From a virus (Duplodnaviria; Caudoviricetes): 39,793 nucleotides of DNA. Shown here piece by piece: positions 1 through 8,381 of this stretch. Where the stretch lies: IMG/VR virus record IMGVR_UViG_3300017913_001925, positions 1 through 39,793 of that record; one strand, 5' to 3'. The notes beneath the pieces were generated by a model. It made no database searches, was not told where the DNA came from, and saw only the letters and a program-made list of their open reading frames with translations. Made by a program: the position numbers and the translations under genes. Position 1 is the first letter of the stretch. Each line of letters starts with the position of its first letter.

Positions 1-297
1 CATATTCATAAAGCAGAATACAAAGGTAAAAAATTAAAACTTAACAAACCTAAAAGAAGAAAAAGTAAAAAATTCTACGTCTAAAAAAAAAAAAAAAAAG
101 GTAATGTTAAAAAAGTATCTTTCGGTGACACAGGTCTTTCAGTTAAGTTAAAAAAGAGAGGTGCTAGAGCATCTTTTGCTGCAAGACATAAATGTGCTCA
201 AAAGAAGGATAAAACAAAAGCAGGTTATTGGTCATGTAATATTGGCCGTTATTGGAAATCATTAGGTGGATCATCAAACTTCTCAGGTTACTGGTAG
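1..297 (+). CDS. 3' part of a basic conserved T4-like phage protein (AEYKGKKLKLNKP...VKKVSFG...SFAARHKC...AGYWSC), interrupted here by TAA at 82-84 plus a poly-A run (probably a sequence artefact)
   Basis: Frame 1 translates HIHKAEYKGKKLKLNKPKRRKSKKFYV*KKKKKGNVKKVSFGDTGLSVKLKKRGARASFAARHKCAQKKDKTKAGYWSCNIGRYWKSLGGSSNFSGYW* (TAG 295-297). The KVxFG / SFxARHxC / AxYWSC pattern is a recognisable small phage module. Not in the ORF track. Confidence 0.7.
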
Positions 298-556
298 GCC
301 GTACAAAGAGTCTAAACAAGACGGCTATATTTTAAGAGAGTTCTCTCAAAACACTCCTATATTTGAATTTGTTTGGCATAGGGACCGTGAAGATCGTATA
401 GTACAGGCTACACACGATACTGATTGGCAATTTCAGTTGGACAACCAATTTCCAGTAGTATTATCAGAAAAGAAACTATTTATACCAAAAGAGACATATC
501 ACAGGTTAATTAAAGGAACTGGTGATTTAGTTGTAAAGATATGGCAAAAGGATTAA
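266..556 (+). CDS. small cupin-like hypothetical phage protein
   Basis: VWHRDxEDR and IPKETYHRLIKG motifs give His/Glu metal-ligand spacing typical of cupins; GTG start uncertain. Confidence 0.6.
   Translation: MDHQTSQVTGRPYKESKQDGYILREFSQNTPIFEFVWHRDREDRIVQATHDTDWQFQLDNQFPVVLSEKKLFIPKETYHRLIKGTGDLVVKIWQKD
477..484 (+). promoter_or_regulatory. putative late promoter TATTTATA
   Basis: Same octamer as upstream of the structural genes; lies inside ORF 266-556, 56 nt before the ATG at 541. Confidence 0.4.
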
Positions 557-684
557 CTTTAGGTAATTATTTAGCTAAACCTAAAAAAAAGAGACCGGGT
601 GTACACGCAAAGAGTAAATCATCGAAACTAAAAAGTTCGAAAAATTATCAAAAAGCATACAAAGGTCAAGGAACAAAAAGATGA
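541..684 (+). CDS. 47-aa highly basic protein (MAKGLTLGNYLAKPKKKRPGVHAKSKSSKLKSSKNYQKAYKGQGTKR)
   Basis: Read by hand (below ORF-track cutoff). ATG 541, TGA 682-684 overlapping the next ATG (ATGA). C-terminal YKGQG resembles the YRGQG-type basic peptides of T4-like phages. Confidence 0.7.
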   Translation: MAKGLTLGNYLAKPKKKRPGVHAKSKSSKLKSSKNYQKAYKGQGTKR

Positions 685-947
685 AATTAAGTAGTATCAT
701 TTTAGAAAACAAAAAAAGAATATCTCTGACATATACAGATCCAGGAAGCACTCTTTATTCTATATCAATTGATGGTGAAAAGCAAAGAGGTGCTGATGCA
801 GCTAGAGCTATTGAAATGATACAAAAGATTACTGGACTTGAAGTGCCTACTAGAGCTAGTTACTTTGATAAAGAAGTACAAGCGATTGTAGATGCATTAA
901 AAGCAAAAGGTTACGATGCAGATGTTTACCCAATGGACGTAAGTTAA
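681..947 (+). CDS. hypothetical protein with MKLSSIILE leader (putative internal head protein)
   Basis: ORF track; shared N-terminal leader. Confidence 0.7.
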   Translation: MKLSSIILENKKRISLTYTDPGSTLYSISIDGEKQRGADAARAIEMIQKITGLEVPTRASYFDKEVQAIVDALKAKGYDADVYPMDVS

Positions 948-948
948 T

Positions 949-1269
949 ATGAAACTACTTAACCTCATACTAGAAGAGACTAACGAATCATTTAATGAGT
1001 TCGCAGAAGGTAGAGGTAAGGGTGCTGGTAAAATAGCAGATTCTGCAAAAGAAAAGGGAGGCGATTCAATGCTTACCCACCACCATTTCAACGTAAAATT
1101 ACCGTATTACAAAAAAGCTGCTGCTGGTAACTTTGATATTGAGGAAGCTAAAAAAGAATTTGAAGCTACCCACAAGAAGATATCAACCAGTCAAAGTCAA
1201 ATAGACTTTCAAAAAGAAATGGGTAGGTTAGAAGTTTTAGGAGAATTAATTATTAAATTAGGATCATGA
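949..1269 (+). CDS. hypothetical protein with MKLLNLILE leader (putative internal head protein)
   Basis: ORF track; shared leader; tight packing with neighbours. Confidence 0.7.
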   Translation: MKLLNLILEETNESFNEFAEGRGKGAGKIADSAKEKGGDSMLTHHHFNVKLPYYKKAAAGNFDIEEAKKEFEATHKKISTSQSQIDFQKEMGRLEVLGELIIKLGS

Positions 1270-1466
1270 AGTTATCAAAAATAATACTAGAAAATAAAAA
1301 AGTAGTAGTAAAAGAAGAACTTAACATATCAAACGAAAGCATTGATAAGTTAACTGAAGCAATCGCTACTAAGTTACAGGATTATTTAGATATCGAAGAT
1401 ACCACTATACTTAAACAATCAGTTGCTGGGGCAATAAATGAGTTGCTAGAAAAAAACGAACTGTAG
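1266..1466 (+). CDS. small helical protein with MKLSKIILE leader
   Basis: ORF track; ATGA overlap with upstream gene; 11/12 N-terminal residues identical to ORF 681. Confidence 0.7.
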   Translation: MKLSKIILENKKVVVKEELNISNESIDKLTEAIATKLQDYLDIEDTTILKQSVAGAINELLEKNEL

Positions 1467-1497
1467 TTGTATATTAGAAAATAAGTTCTTATCTTTA
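1467..1497 (+). promoter_or_regulatory. putative host-type (Bacteroidota -33/-7) early promoter for primase/exonuclease
   Basis: TTG at 1467-1469, 20-nt spacer, TATCTTTA at 1490-1497; resembles the TTG-N19-TAnnTTTG consensus of Bacteroidota housekeeping promoters. Confidence 0.5.
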
Positions 1498-1516
1498 TCA
1501 TAGATACGGACTGGTT

Positions 1517-2440
1517 ATGGATTATACTTTCCTTTTAGGATCCATTGAAAATTTATTAGGCAAGAGTCATAAGAAAGCTAGAGATAACTATGCTTTCCAT
1601 TGCCCTTTTTGCAATCATCGCAAACCTAAACTCGAAATAAACTTTCACACTAACGAAAAAGGAGAGAACCCTTGGGAGTGTTGGGTATGCCAAACAAGAG
1701 GTAGATCTATTAGATCACTTTTAAGACAACTAAAAACACCATCAGACGTTGCAAAAGAAATATTAAAATACCTTCCAAAAGGAACGCAAACTAATTATTA
1801 TAGTAAAGACATTGTATCTTTACCTGAAGAATATAAACCACTGTATAATGCTGATCCTAATTCATTTGCAGCCAAGACAGTAAAAAAGTATTTGTATGAA
1901 CGAGGGATTTCCGATTTCGATTTTGTTAAATATAGCATTGGATATGCCACATCTGGAGAATATGGAGGAAGAGTTATTATCCCAAGTTATTCTGAATCCG
2001 GTTCACTCAACTACTTTATTGCAAGAAGTTATGACAACAACTTTTACAAATACAGAAATCCCGATTCTAGCAAAGACATAATATTCTTTGAAAACCTCAT
2101 TAACTGGGACCTACCAATTATTTTATGTGAAGGAGTATTTGATGCAATGGCTATCAAACGCAATGCTATACCTCTACTAGGTAAAAGTATTAACAACTCA
2201 TTATACAAAAAAATACTTACAAATAGAGTTCAAGACATTTACATAGCATTAGACACTGATGCAAGAAATAAAGCATTACAAATAGCAGAAAAATTTCTCA
2301 ATGAAGGTAAGAGAGTATTTTTAATCAACCTTCCAGATAAAGACCCATCTGAAATGGGTTTCAAACCATTCACAGAATTAATACAGTTAGCAGAAGAGTT
2401 AGATATTTCTAGTCTCATGTTACACAAGCTTAACTTATGA
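1517..2440 (+). CDS. DNA primase (DnaG-like, CHC2 zinc finger + TOPRIM)
   Basis: CPFCNH...CWVC zinc finger; YLxxRG; CEGVFDA and LDTDA TOPRIM acidic motifs; KDP motif. Confidence 0.92.
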   Translation: MDYTFLLGSIENLLGKSHKKARDNYAFHCPFCNHRKPKLEINFHTNEKGENPWECWVCQTRGRSIRSLLRQLKTPSDVAKEILKYLPKGTQTNYYSKDIVSLPEEYKPLYNADPNSFAAKTVKKYLYERGISDFDFVKYSIGYATSGEYGGRVIIPSYSESGSLNYFIARSYDNNFYKYRNPDSSKDIIFFENLINWDLPIILCEGVFDAMAIKRNAIPLLGKSINNSLYKKILTNRVQDIYIALDTDARNKALQIAEKFLNEGKRVFLINLPDKDPSEMGFKPFTELIQLAEELDISSLMLHKLNL

Positions 2441-3219
2441 TTAAACAAGGCACTAACATTCTAAAAGAACAAAAAAATAGTAGATTAGACTATAATGAAA
2501 AGTTAGAACAAATCAACTTTTTAGATAGGCGAGTTTATAAAAGGTCGGAAGGAGTTTATTATCCGTCCGTAACCACCATACTCCAGTATATGCCACGTAA
2601 CCAATTTTTTGAAAACTGGTTAAAAGACGTTGGACATAACGCCGACCTTATCGCTCGTCATGCTGCTAAAGAAGGTACCCAGGTACATGAAGCAGCAGAA
2701 TCATTAGTATTAGGTGAACAAGTTGATTGGTTTACAGTAGACGGTAGAGCTAAATACTCCCAAATTGTATGGGAAATGATAATGCGTTTTCATGATTTCT
2801 GGACTACCTATAAACCTGAGTTAATTTCCACTGAAGATTTTGTATACTCAGATGAATACCATTATGCTGGTACTGCCGACCTTGTAGTAAGAATGGACGG
2901 AGAAATATGGCTATTAGATATAAAAACTTCTAAACATGTACATAAAAGCTACAGTAGACAATTAGCTGCCTATGCCAAAGCCATAGAAGAGACAAAAGGT
3001 ATAAAAATAGACAGAACTGGTATTATTTGGTTAAAGGCTCAAACTAGATCTTCATCTAAAAAAGAAGGAGTGTATCAAGGTAGAGGATGGCAAATTAAAA
3101 TAATAGATGATATAGACAGGTACTTCAAATTGTTTTTGAGTGCATATGAATCATATAAAGAAGATCATCCAACAACTGAACCTATTTATAATAGTTACCC
3201 GACGACGTTAAAACTATGA
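2437..3219 (+). CDS. PD-(D/E)XK exonuclease (Cas4/RecB-like phage nuclease)
   Basis: YPSVTTIL, GTQVHE, YAGTADL, LLDIKTS and QLAAY motifs. Confidence 0.88.
   Translation: MIKQGTNILKEQKNSRLDYNEKLEQINFLDRRVYKRSEGVYYPSVTTILQYMPRNQFFENWLKDVGHNADLIARHAAKEGTQVHEAAESLVLGEQVDWFTVDGRAKYSQIVWEMIMRFHDFWTTYKPELISTEDFVYSDEYHYAGTADLVVRMDGEIWLLDIKTSKHVHKSYSRQLAAYAKAIEETKGIKIDRTGIIWLKAQTRSSSKKEGVYQGRGWQIKIIDDIDRYFKLFLSAYESYKEDHPTTEPIYNSYPTTLKL
3183..3190 (+). promoter_or_regulatory. putative late promoter TATTTATA
   Basis: Octamer in the 3' end of the exonuclease gene, 25 nt before the ATG at 3216. Confidence 0.55.
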
Positions 3220-3836
3220 AAAAAAGTTTGATATATGCATTTATTTTACTATCTTTATATAGTTGCGGTAGTTATACCCTTCAAACTAATAAAGGTTATG
3301 AAATTAAAAGCATACTTGCTATCACACAAACTGGAGATACTATTTCAGTACCTTACAGCGACTTTGTCAGAGAACGTTACGAACACTATCCTAGATATCA
3401 GTGGAATAATACATGGTACTGGAACAACTGGATGTACGATAGATTTACATACCCAGAGTACTACTGGCAATGGGATAATTTTCATTGGGGTAATAATAGC
3501 TGGTGGTATAGCACACCTGTTAGACCGCAAGTTAAACCAAAAAATAGAGTCCGAGTTAATGGACCTAGAGGACCAAAACCAAAACCAAGATTAAGAGATG
3601 ATCAAATTATCAGAATTAATCCTAGAAGCAACCAACCGTCCCAAGGCCGTAATAATGGCAGGAGGAGCAGGAGCAGGGAAGTCGTACCTTCTCAACCAAC
3701 TCAGCCTAGACAGCCTAGAGCAGTTCAACCCAGACAAATACGTCGAGGATCCGGATCACCCGTACTACAACAATCTAGGAGCAGCCAGCGTTCAAGTAGA
3801 GAAGGACGTACTAGCAGCGGCAGAAGACAAAATTAG
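3216..3836 (+). CDS. putative lipoprotein with W/Y/N-rich middle and R/S/Q/P-rich disordered tail
   Basis: MKK + hydrophobic core + LSLYSC lipobox-like Cys; ATGA overlap with upstream gene; last 239 nt overlap the kinase gene in another frame. Confidence 0.65.
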   Translation: MKKSLIYAFILLSLYSCGSYTLQTNKGYEIKSILAITQTGDTISVPYSDFVRERYEHYPRYQWNNTWYWNNWMYDRFTYPEYYWQWDNFHWGNNSWWYSTPVRPQVKPKNRVRVNGPRGPKPKPRLRDDQIIRINPRSNQPSQGRNNGRRSRSREVVPSQPTQPRQPRAVQPRQIRRGSGSPVLQQSRSSQRSSREGRTSSGRRQN

Positions 3837-4536
3837 TCTTGTTTGGGATACTACAGCTTCAGGAAAAAAGTTTGACGAAAATTTAGATAAACTGCTCAAC
3901 GGCGGTTACGATGTGTATATGGTAATGGTTTACACACACCCAATGATATCATACATATCTAACTTTAAAAGAGGCCGTAATATACCAGCTTCATCTGTGT
4001 TTACCACTTGGAGAAATGCTTACCAGAAAATTGGTGATTTCGATAAAAAACTTAAAGGTAACTTATCCATATTCGTAAACGATAGAGGAGGAGAGTTTAA
4101 AAAAGAAATCGAAGGGTTTAATACTGCTGCTAAGAATGGTGTAAATGGCATTAAAGACTATTTGAAAGCATACAATGATAAGACTGGAGCAGGAAAGTCT
4201 TCTTTCTTTAAACCAGTAGAAATGTCTCGTCAAGAAGAGCAAGAATTTGAAAAAGCAGTTGCAAATGTAGATTTTGATAGAGATAATAGATCAGAAGATA
4301 AAGCTGTAAAGCAAGCATTCTTAAAATCATATCAAAAGATAGGCACAGGACCTGGAGAAGATAAGTTAAGGGATGTTGTTAAGAAGTATAGAAAAAGGAA
4401 AGCTGATGCTGATGATAGAAATGATGCCGTATTAGACAGTATAGCTGATATGCTATTCAGTCCTAAATTTCAAGATTTGTTAAAACATTCTTCTCCACAA
4501 GAGATAGATTCAAAAGTTCAATCATTCTTAGCATGA
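3598..4536 (+). CDS. zeta-toxin-like / AAA_33-type P-loop kinase with MIKLSELILE leader
   Basis: PKAVIMAGGAGAGKS Walker A, FNPDK, LVWDTT, and NxKRGRxIP lid-type motif. Confidence 0.8.
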   Translation: MIKLSELILEATNRPKAVIMAGGAGAGKSYLLNQLSLDSLEQFNPDKYVEDPDHPYYNNLGAASVQVEKDVLAAAEDKISLVWDTTASGKKFDENLDKLLNGGYDVYMVMVYTHPMISYISNFKRGRNIPASSVFTTWRNAYQKIGDFDKKLKGNLSIFVNDRGGEFKKEIEGFNTAAKNGVNGIKDYLKAYNDKTGAGKSSFFKPVEMSRQEEQEFEKAVANVDFDRDNRSEDKAVKQAFLKSYQKIGTGPGEDKLRDVVKKYRKRKADADDRNDAVLDSIADMLFSPKFQDLLKHSSPQEIDSKVQSFLA

Positions 4537-6242
4537 TAGCATTATATCCAGGAGCATTTAAACCACCTCATAGAGGACATTTTGAAGTAGTAAAAAGACT
4601 TCTTAACGGTACTCACAACGGTCACGTTTACTCGATTGACGACTATAAAGATGTTGGTACAAAAGCTTTGGGAGGAGAAAAAGGTAAAGCAGATAAAATA
4701 AATAAAGTTATTGTTTTTCCTGGCGGTGGAGAAAGAAACGGTATTACAAAAGGTGAATCGATTGCTATTTGGAGTATATATGCTAAGTACCTACCTGGAT
4801 TAGAAGTGATAGATGGTGAAAAGAACCCTATGTTTGCAGCAAAAGATTATGCTAAAGTAAACGAACAGGATGAGTTCTATGCTATAACTGGAATAAGAGA
4901 TGAAAGTGACTTTTCTGATTTAAAAAGAATAACCACTTTTAAGAATAGAGACAATGTTAAAGGACTTTTACTCACTCCTGACAAAGATGCAAACGTTAGA
5001 GCATCAGATTTAAGATCAGCTGCCTTGAATGGTAGTTTAGATGATATTAGAGACTTTTTTCCTTCTGAACTATCGAGAGAAGAACTATTTAAAATTATGA
5101 GGATGTTAAAAGATAATATCATAGCAGAAATAATGAATCAAAAGATGGAAGATCTTTTTGAGGCTATGTTTGAGTCTGCTGATCCTCAAGACGGTAAAGC
5201 AGCACCTTATGGTTCCGGTTACAAAGAAGTAAAAGAAGAAAAAGAAGATATTCCTGAGATTACCAAACATATTGCTTCAGTACTTGAATATATGATAGAT
5301 GAAGGAATGAAAATCACTCCTTTGCCTGAAGTCAAAACTATTGAAGATGAAGAAAATGCTAAAAACTTCTTTGGTAAGACAGCGTATTACGACCCCAATA
5401 ATAAAGAGGTAGTTCTTTACACAACCGGTAGACACCCTAAAGACATAGTAAGATCATTTGTACATGAAATGATCCATCATATGCAAAATCTTGAAGGTAG
5501 GTTAGGTAATATTCAAACCTCCAATACTAATGAGGATGATCACTTAATGGAGATAGAAAAAGAAGCTTACTTATTAGGAAATATTACATTTAGAAACTGG
5601 GAAGACAAAACAAAAAATGAACAAAAAACGGTTATGGCTGAAGGAAGGTACGATAAAATAAGTAATCAAATATCTTCTGATTTATTTAATGCACTTAAAG
5701 ATGGAGAAACATCTTTTTACGACACATATTACAACGGTGATTTAGATTTTGAAGTCCATGGGGACTTTATACCTACCGGATCAGTTAAGTACTTTGCAGT
5801 TGATGGTGATGCTGATTATGATGAAACTGGAGAAGGAAACGATAGTATAAGAGTAATAGTTTCTTACAACCCTAAAGTTGTACCTGATGCATATAAAGAT
5901 ATAGCATTTACGTTAAAAGACATTGTTAGACACGAAATAGAACACCTTACACATAGTGATTCAGATAACCTTAAACCAGGTAAATACATGGAAGATGATT
6001 CACTAATAAGATCATTAATTAAGCTTGACCAGCTACCTAAAGGTAGTTACTTTAAGTTAGAGAAAGAAGTTGATGCTAATATACAAGGTATGTATTTCAG
6101 AGCTAAAAAAGAAAAACGTCCTTTTGCCGACGTAGTAAAACAGTACTTTGATGATCAAGATCTTCCAAAAGAAGATTACGAAGATATTTTAAACTTAATG
6201 AGAAAACGCCTACCTGCTTTAGGCATAAAACAACGGTTATGA
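4533..6242 (+). CDS. HxGH nucleotidyltransferase (cytidylyltransferase-like) fused to two HExxH metallopeptidase-like modules
   Basis: YPGAFKPPHRGH at the N-terminus; VRASDLR; SFVHEMIHHMQ...EKEAY and IVRHEIEHLTH...EVDAN. Confidence 0.75.
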   Translation: MIALYPGAFKPPHRGHFEVVKRLLNGTHNGHVYSIDDYKDVGTKALGGEKGKADKINKVIVFPGGGERNGITKGESIAIWSIYAKYLPGLEVIDGEKNPMFAAKDYAKVNEQDEFYAITGIRDESDFSDLKRITTFKNRDNVKGLLLTPDKDANVRASDLRSAALNGSLDDIRDFFPSELSREELFKIMRMLKDNIIAEIMNQKMEDLFEAMFESADPQDGKAAPYGSGYKEVKEEKEDIPEITKHIASVLEYMIDEGMKITPLPEVKTIEDEENAKNFFGKTAYYDPNNKEVVLYTTGRHPKDIVRSFVHEMIHHMQNLEGRLGNIQTSNTNEDDHLMEIEKEAYLLGNITFRNWEDKTKNEQKTVMAEGRYDKISNQISSDLFNALKDGETSFYDTYYNGDLDFEVHGDFIPTGSVKYFAVDGDADYDETGEGNDSIRVIVSYNPKVVPDAYKDIAFTLKDIVRHEIEHLTHSDSDNLKPGKYMEDDSLIRSLIKLDQLPKGSYFKLEKEVDANIQGMYFRAKKEKRPFADVVKQYFDDQDLPKEDYEDILNLMRKRLPALGIKQRL

Positions 6243-6784
6243 AAAATAGTTTAGTAGATTTATTAGAGGCATACCCCTTGCCAGAAGTTAAAGAAAAACC
6301 ACCATATAAAATATACTGTGATATGGACGGTGTACTTACAAACTTTGAAGCAAGGTTTGATCATTTTACTGGTATGAAACCTAAGGATTATGAAAACAAA
6401 TTTGGTTTAGAGCAATTTTGGCATTTAATTGATACTAAAATAGGTGTTAGGTTTTGGGTAGGAATGGACTGGATGCCTGAAGGTAAACGTTTATGGGACT
6501 TTATTAAACCTTATCAACCAGACTTACTTACCTCTCCTTCTAGAGATAATACCTCAAGATTAGGTAAAAACTTATGGGTCAAAAATAACTTGAACCCTAA
6601 ACCTAAAACTATTTTTGCTTACTCAAAAGATAAGCAGAGATATGCAAAAGAAAATGCTATATTAATAGACGATAAAAAATCAAACATAAATGAATGGGCT
6701 GCAAAAGGCGGTATTGCAATTAGATGCAAAGACGGCAATGTTGATCATGTTATAGAAAAATTACAAGAGTTAGGTTATGAGTGA
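6239..6784 (+). CDS. HAD-family 5'(3')-deoxyribonucleotidase-like phosphatase
   Basis: IYCDMDGVL motif I, LLTSP motif II, ILIDD motif IV, WxxxGG. Confidence 0.88.
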   Translation: MKNSLVDLLEAYPLPEVKEKPPYKIYCDMDGVLTNFEARFDHFTGMKPKDYENKFGLEQFWHLIDTKIGVRFWVGMDWMPEGKRLWDFIKPYQPDLLTSPSRDNTSRLGKNLWVKNNLNPKPKTIFAYSKDKQRYAKENAILIDDKKSNINEWAAKGGIAIRCKDGNVDHVIEKLQELGYE

Positions 6785-7352
6785 ATCTCTACTTAAAAAA
6801 GAGTTTAAACAATCAGATGTAGAAAGAGTTAGAAATTTAGTTAAAAAAGATTATACTTCAAAAACTAAATTACAAACTGGATACCAGAAGAAATACGTTA
6901 AGTATAAAGAAGGAGACATATGGGAAGAGTCTGGTAAGACTTGGACCATTAAAAATGGTATCAAACAAAATATTACAAAATTAGACAGAGCTAAAAAAGC
7001 AATTAGAATTCCTTTAGCATGCCCTAAATGTAAAGGTTCTATGAATTATCATTTATCTAAAAAAATGTATAAAATTCATGGAATGTGTTTTGATTGTGTA
7101 ATTGATTATGAAGGCGAACTACGTAAGTTAGGTTTATACGAAGAGTATGAAAAAAACTTAATGCAAGGTAACATTAAAACCTTCTTATCTGAAATCGAAT
7201 CATATACTTATGCATTAATTGATAATAAACAAGAGTTTGTAACTGAACAAGGTGATGTTGAAGATTGGAAAAATAACTCTAACATACAAAAAGAAAAGTT
7301 ACTTAAAAATCTTCAAACGTATATTGACATAGTCTCTAAACACGTAGACTAG
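6777..7352 (+). CDS. conserved phage protein with CxxC...CxxC zinc finger
   Basis: KEGDIWEESGKTW, CPKC and CFDC. Confidence 0.7.
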   Translation: MSESLLKKEFKQSDVERVRNLVKKDYTSKTKLQTGYQKKYVKYKEGDIWEESGKTWTIKNGIKQNITKLDRAKKAIRIPLACPKCKGSMNYHLSKKMYKIHGMCFDCVIDYEGELRKLGLYEEYEKNLMQGNIKTFLSEIESYTYALIDNKQEFVTEQGDVEDWKNNSNIQKEKLLKNLQTYIDIVSKHVD

Positions 7353-7354
7353 TC

Positions 7355-7362
7355 TATTTATA
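7355..7362 (+). promoter_or_regulatory. putative late promoter TATTTATA
   Basis: Intergenic, 15 nt before the ATG at 7378. Confidence 0.65.
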
Positions 7363-7377
7363 GTATATACCTATATA

Positions 7378-7734
7378 ATGACACAAAAACAGCTACTTGA
7401 ATCAGTTTTATCTGAAATCAAGCATGTGAAGACTCATATGCCTAATGGCGAGTTGAAACAGATGGCAAAAGATTTTGAAGATATGAAAGAAGATATCTCA
7501 GATTTAAAATATACTTTGCTCAATCCGGAAAACGGTGTAATTGTAAAAACCAATCAAAATACTGCTTTTAGAAAAGAAATGCAGGCTAATGAAAGGGATT
7601 TTCAAAATCAAATGTTAGAGTTAGAGGACCTTAAACGTTGGAAAAACGGTGTCAATAGAGCTCTGTGGATTATATTTGGTGTACTAGCAACAATTATTAT
7701 TAGAGTGCTAATGATGCATTCAGAACAGATATGA
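7378..7734 (+). CDS. coiled-coil protein with C-terminal transmembrane helix (possibly lysis-related)
   Basis: Heptad-like helix followed by ALWIIFGVLATIIIRVLMM. Confidence 0.6.
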   Translation: MTQKQLLESVLSEIKHVKTHMPNGELKQMAKDFEDMKEDISDLKYTLLNPENGVIVKTNQNTAFRKEMQANERDFQNQMLELEDLKRWKNGVNRALWIIFGVLATIIIRVLMMHSEQI

Positions 7735-8381
7735 CAAACGATGAGATAAAAAACTTAACGTTAGAGTCATTAAGAGACTGGTTTAAAAAAGAGAAGTGGG
7801 TTAGAATATCTTCTTCTGGTAAAATAGCCGGTCCTTGCGGTACATCAAAAAATAAAAAGAACCCAGACCGCTGTCTTCCTAAAACTAAAGCTCAGTCCTT
7901 ATCAAAAGGAGAAAGAGCAGCAACAGCAGCTAAGAAAAAGAAGGCAGGTAAAAAAGGAAAAACAGTCGTGAAAAATACAAAGAAAGCAACAGTGAAAAAA
8001 GAAAATATCTCAGAAAGATTAAGAGTTCTTTCTCCTGAAAAACAAAAAGCTAATGATGCAGCATTTGATAGAAGAATGGCTGCATTAAAAACATTAGAAA
8101 AAGGAATAGAGCTACATAAGGCAGGTAAAATTAGCGATGAAGAACTACATAATCTTAAATTGAAAGCAGGAACTATATCTGCTGATAGTAAGTTCAAAAA
8201 AGAAGATATAAAAAATTTAGTAGTAGGTTTATTACATGAGGCTCAAGGTAAAGAAGTACTCATGGAAAAAGATGATAGATGTACTAGATTAGCTAAACAA
8301 AAATACGACACCTGGCCATCAGCTTATGCTTCAGGAGCAGTAGTAAGATGTAGAAGAGGAGAGATCTGGAAAAAGAAATAA
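7731..8381 (+). CDS. basic modular phage protein (LRDWFKKEKWV...CG...RCLP module and KYDTWPSAYASGAVVRCR module)
   Basis: Two Lys/Cys-rich modules separated by an inserted helical segment and ISE / LLHE / LME sites. Confidence 0.65.
   Translation: MTNDEIKNLTLESLRDWFKKEKWVRISSSGKIAGPCGTSKNKKNPDRCLPKTKAQSLSKGERAATAAKKKKAGKKGKTVVKNTKKATVKKENISERLRVLSPEKQKANDAAFDRRMAALKTLEKGIELHKAGKISDEELHNLKLKAGTISADSKFKKEDIKNLVVGLLHEAQGKEVLMEKDDRCTRLAKQKYDTWPSAYASGAVVRCRRGEIWKKK

Noticed and set aside
2437-3219. Cas4 as part of a CRISPR system
   Set aside because: No Fe-S cysteine cluster, no other cas genes and no array; this is an ordinary phage PD-(D/E)XK exonuclease next to primase.
3235-3594. Alternative-frame plus-strand ORF (119 aa) inside the lipoprotein gene; likewise 1896-2081, 23920-24141 and 38931-39197
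   Set aside because: No recognisable motifs and fully nested in better-supported genes. A spanin-like nested pair was considered, but it lacks a convincing signal or coiled coil.
3598-4536. Epsilon-zeta toxin-antitoxin pair
   Set aside because: No epsilon-like small upstream gene; the context is a phage late operon, so only the fold similarity is retained.
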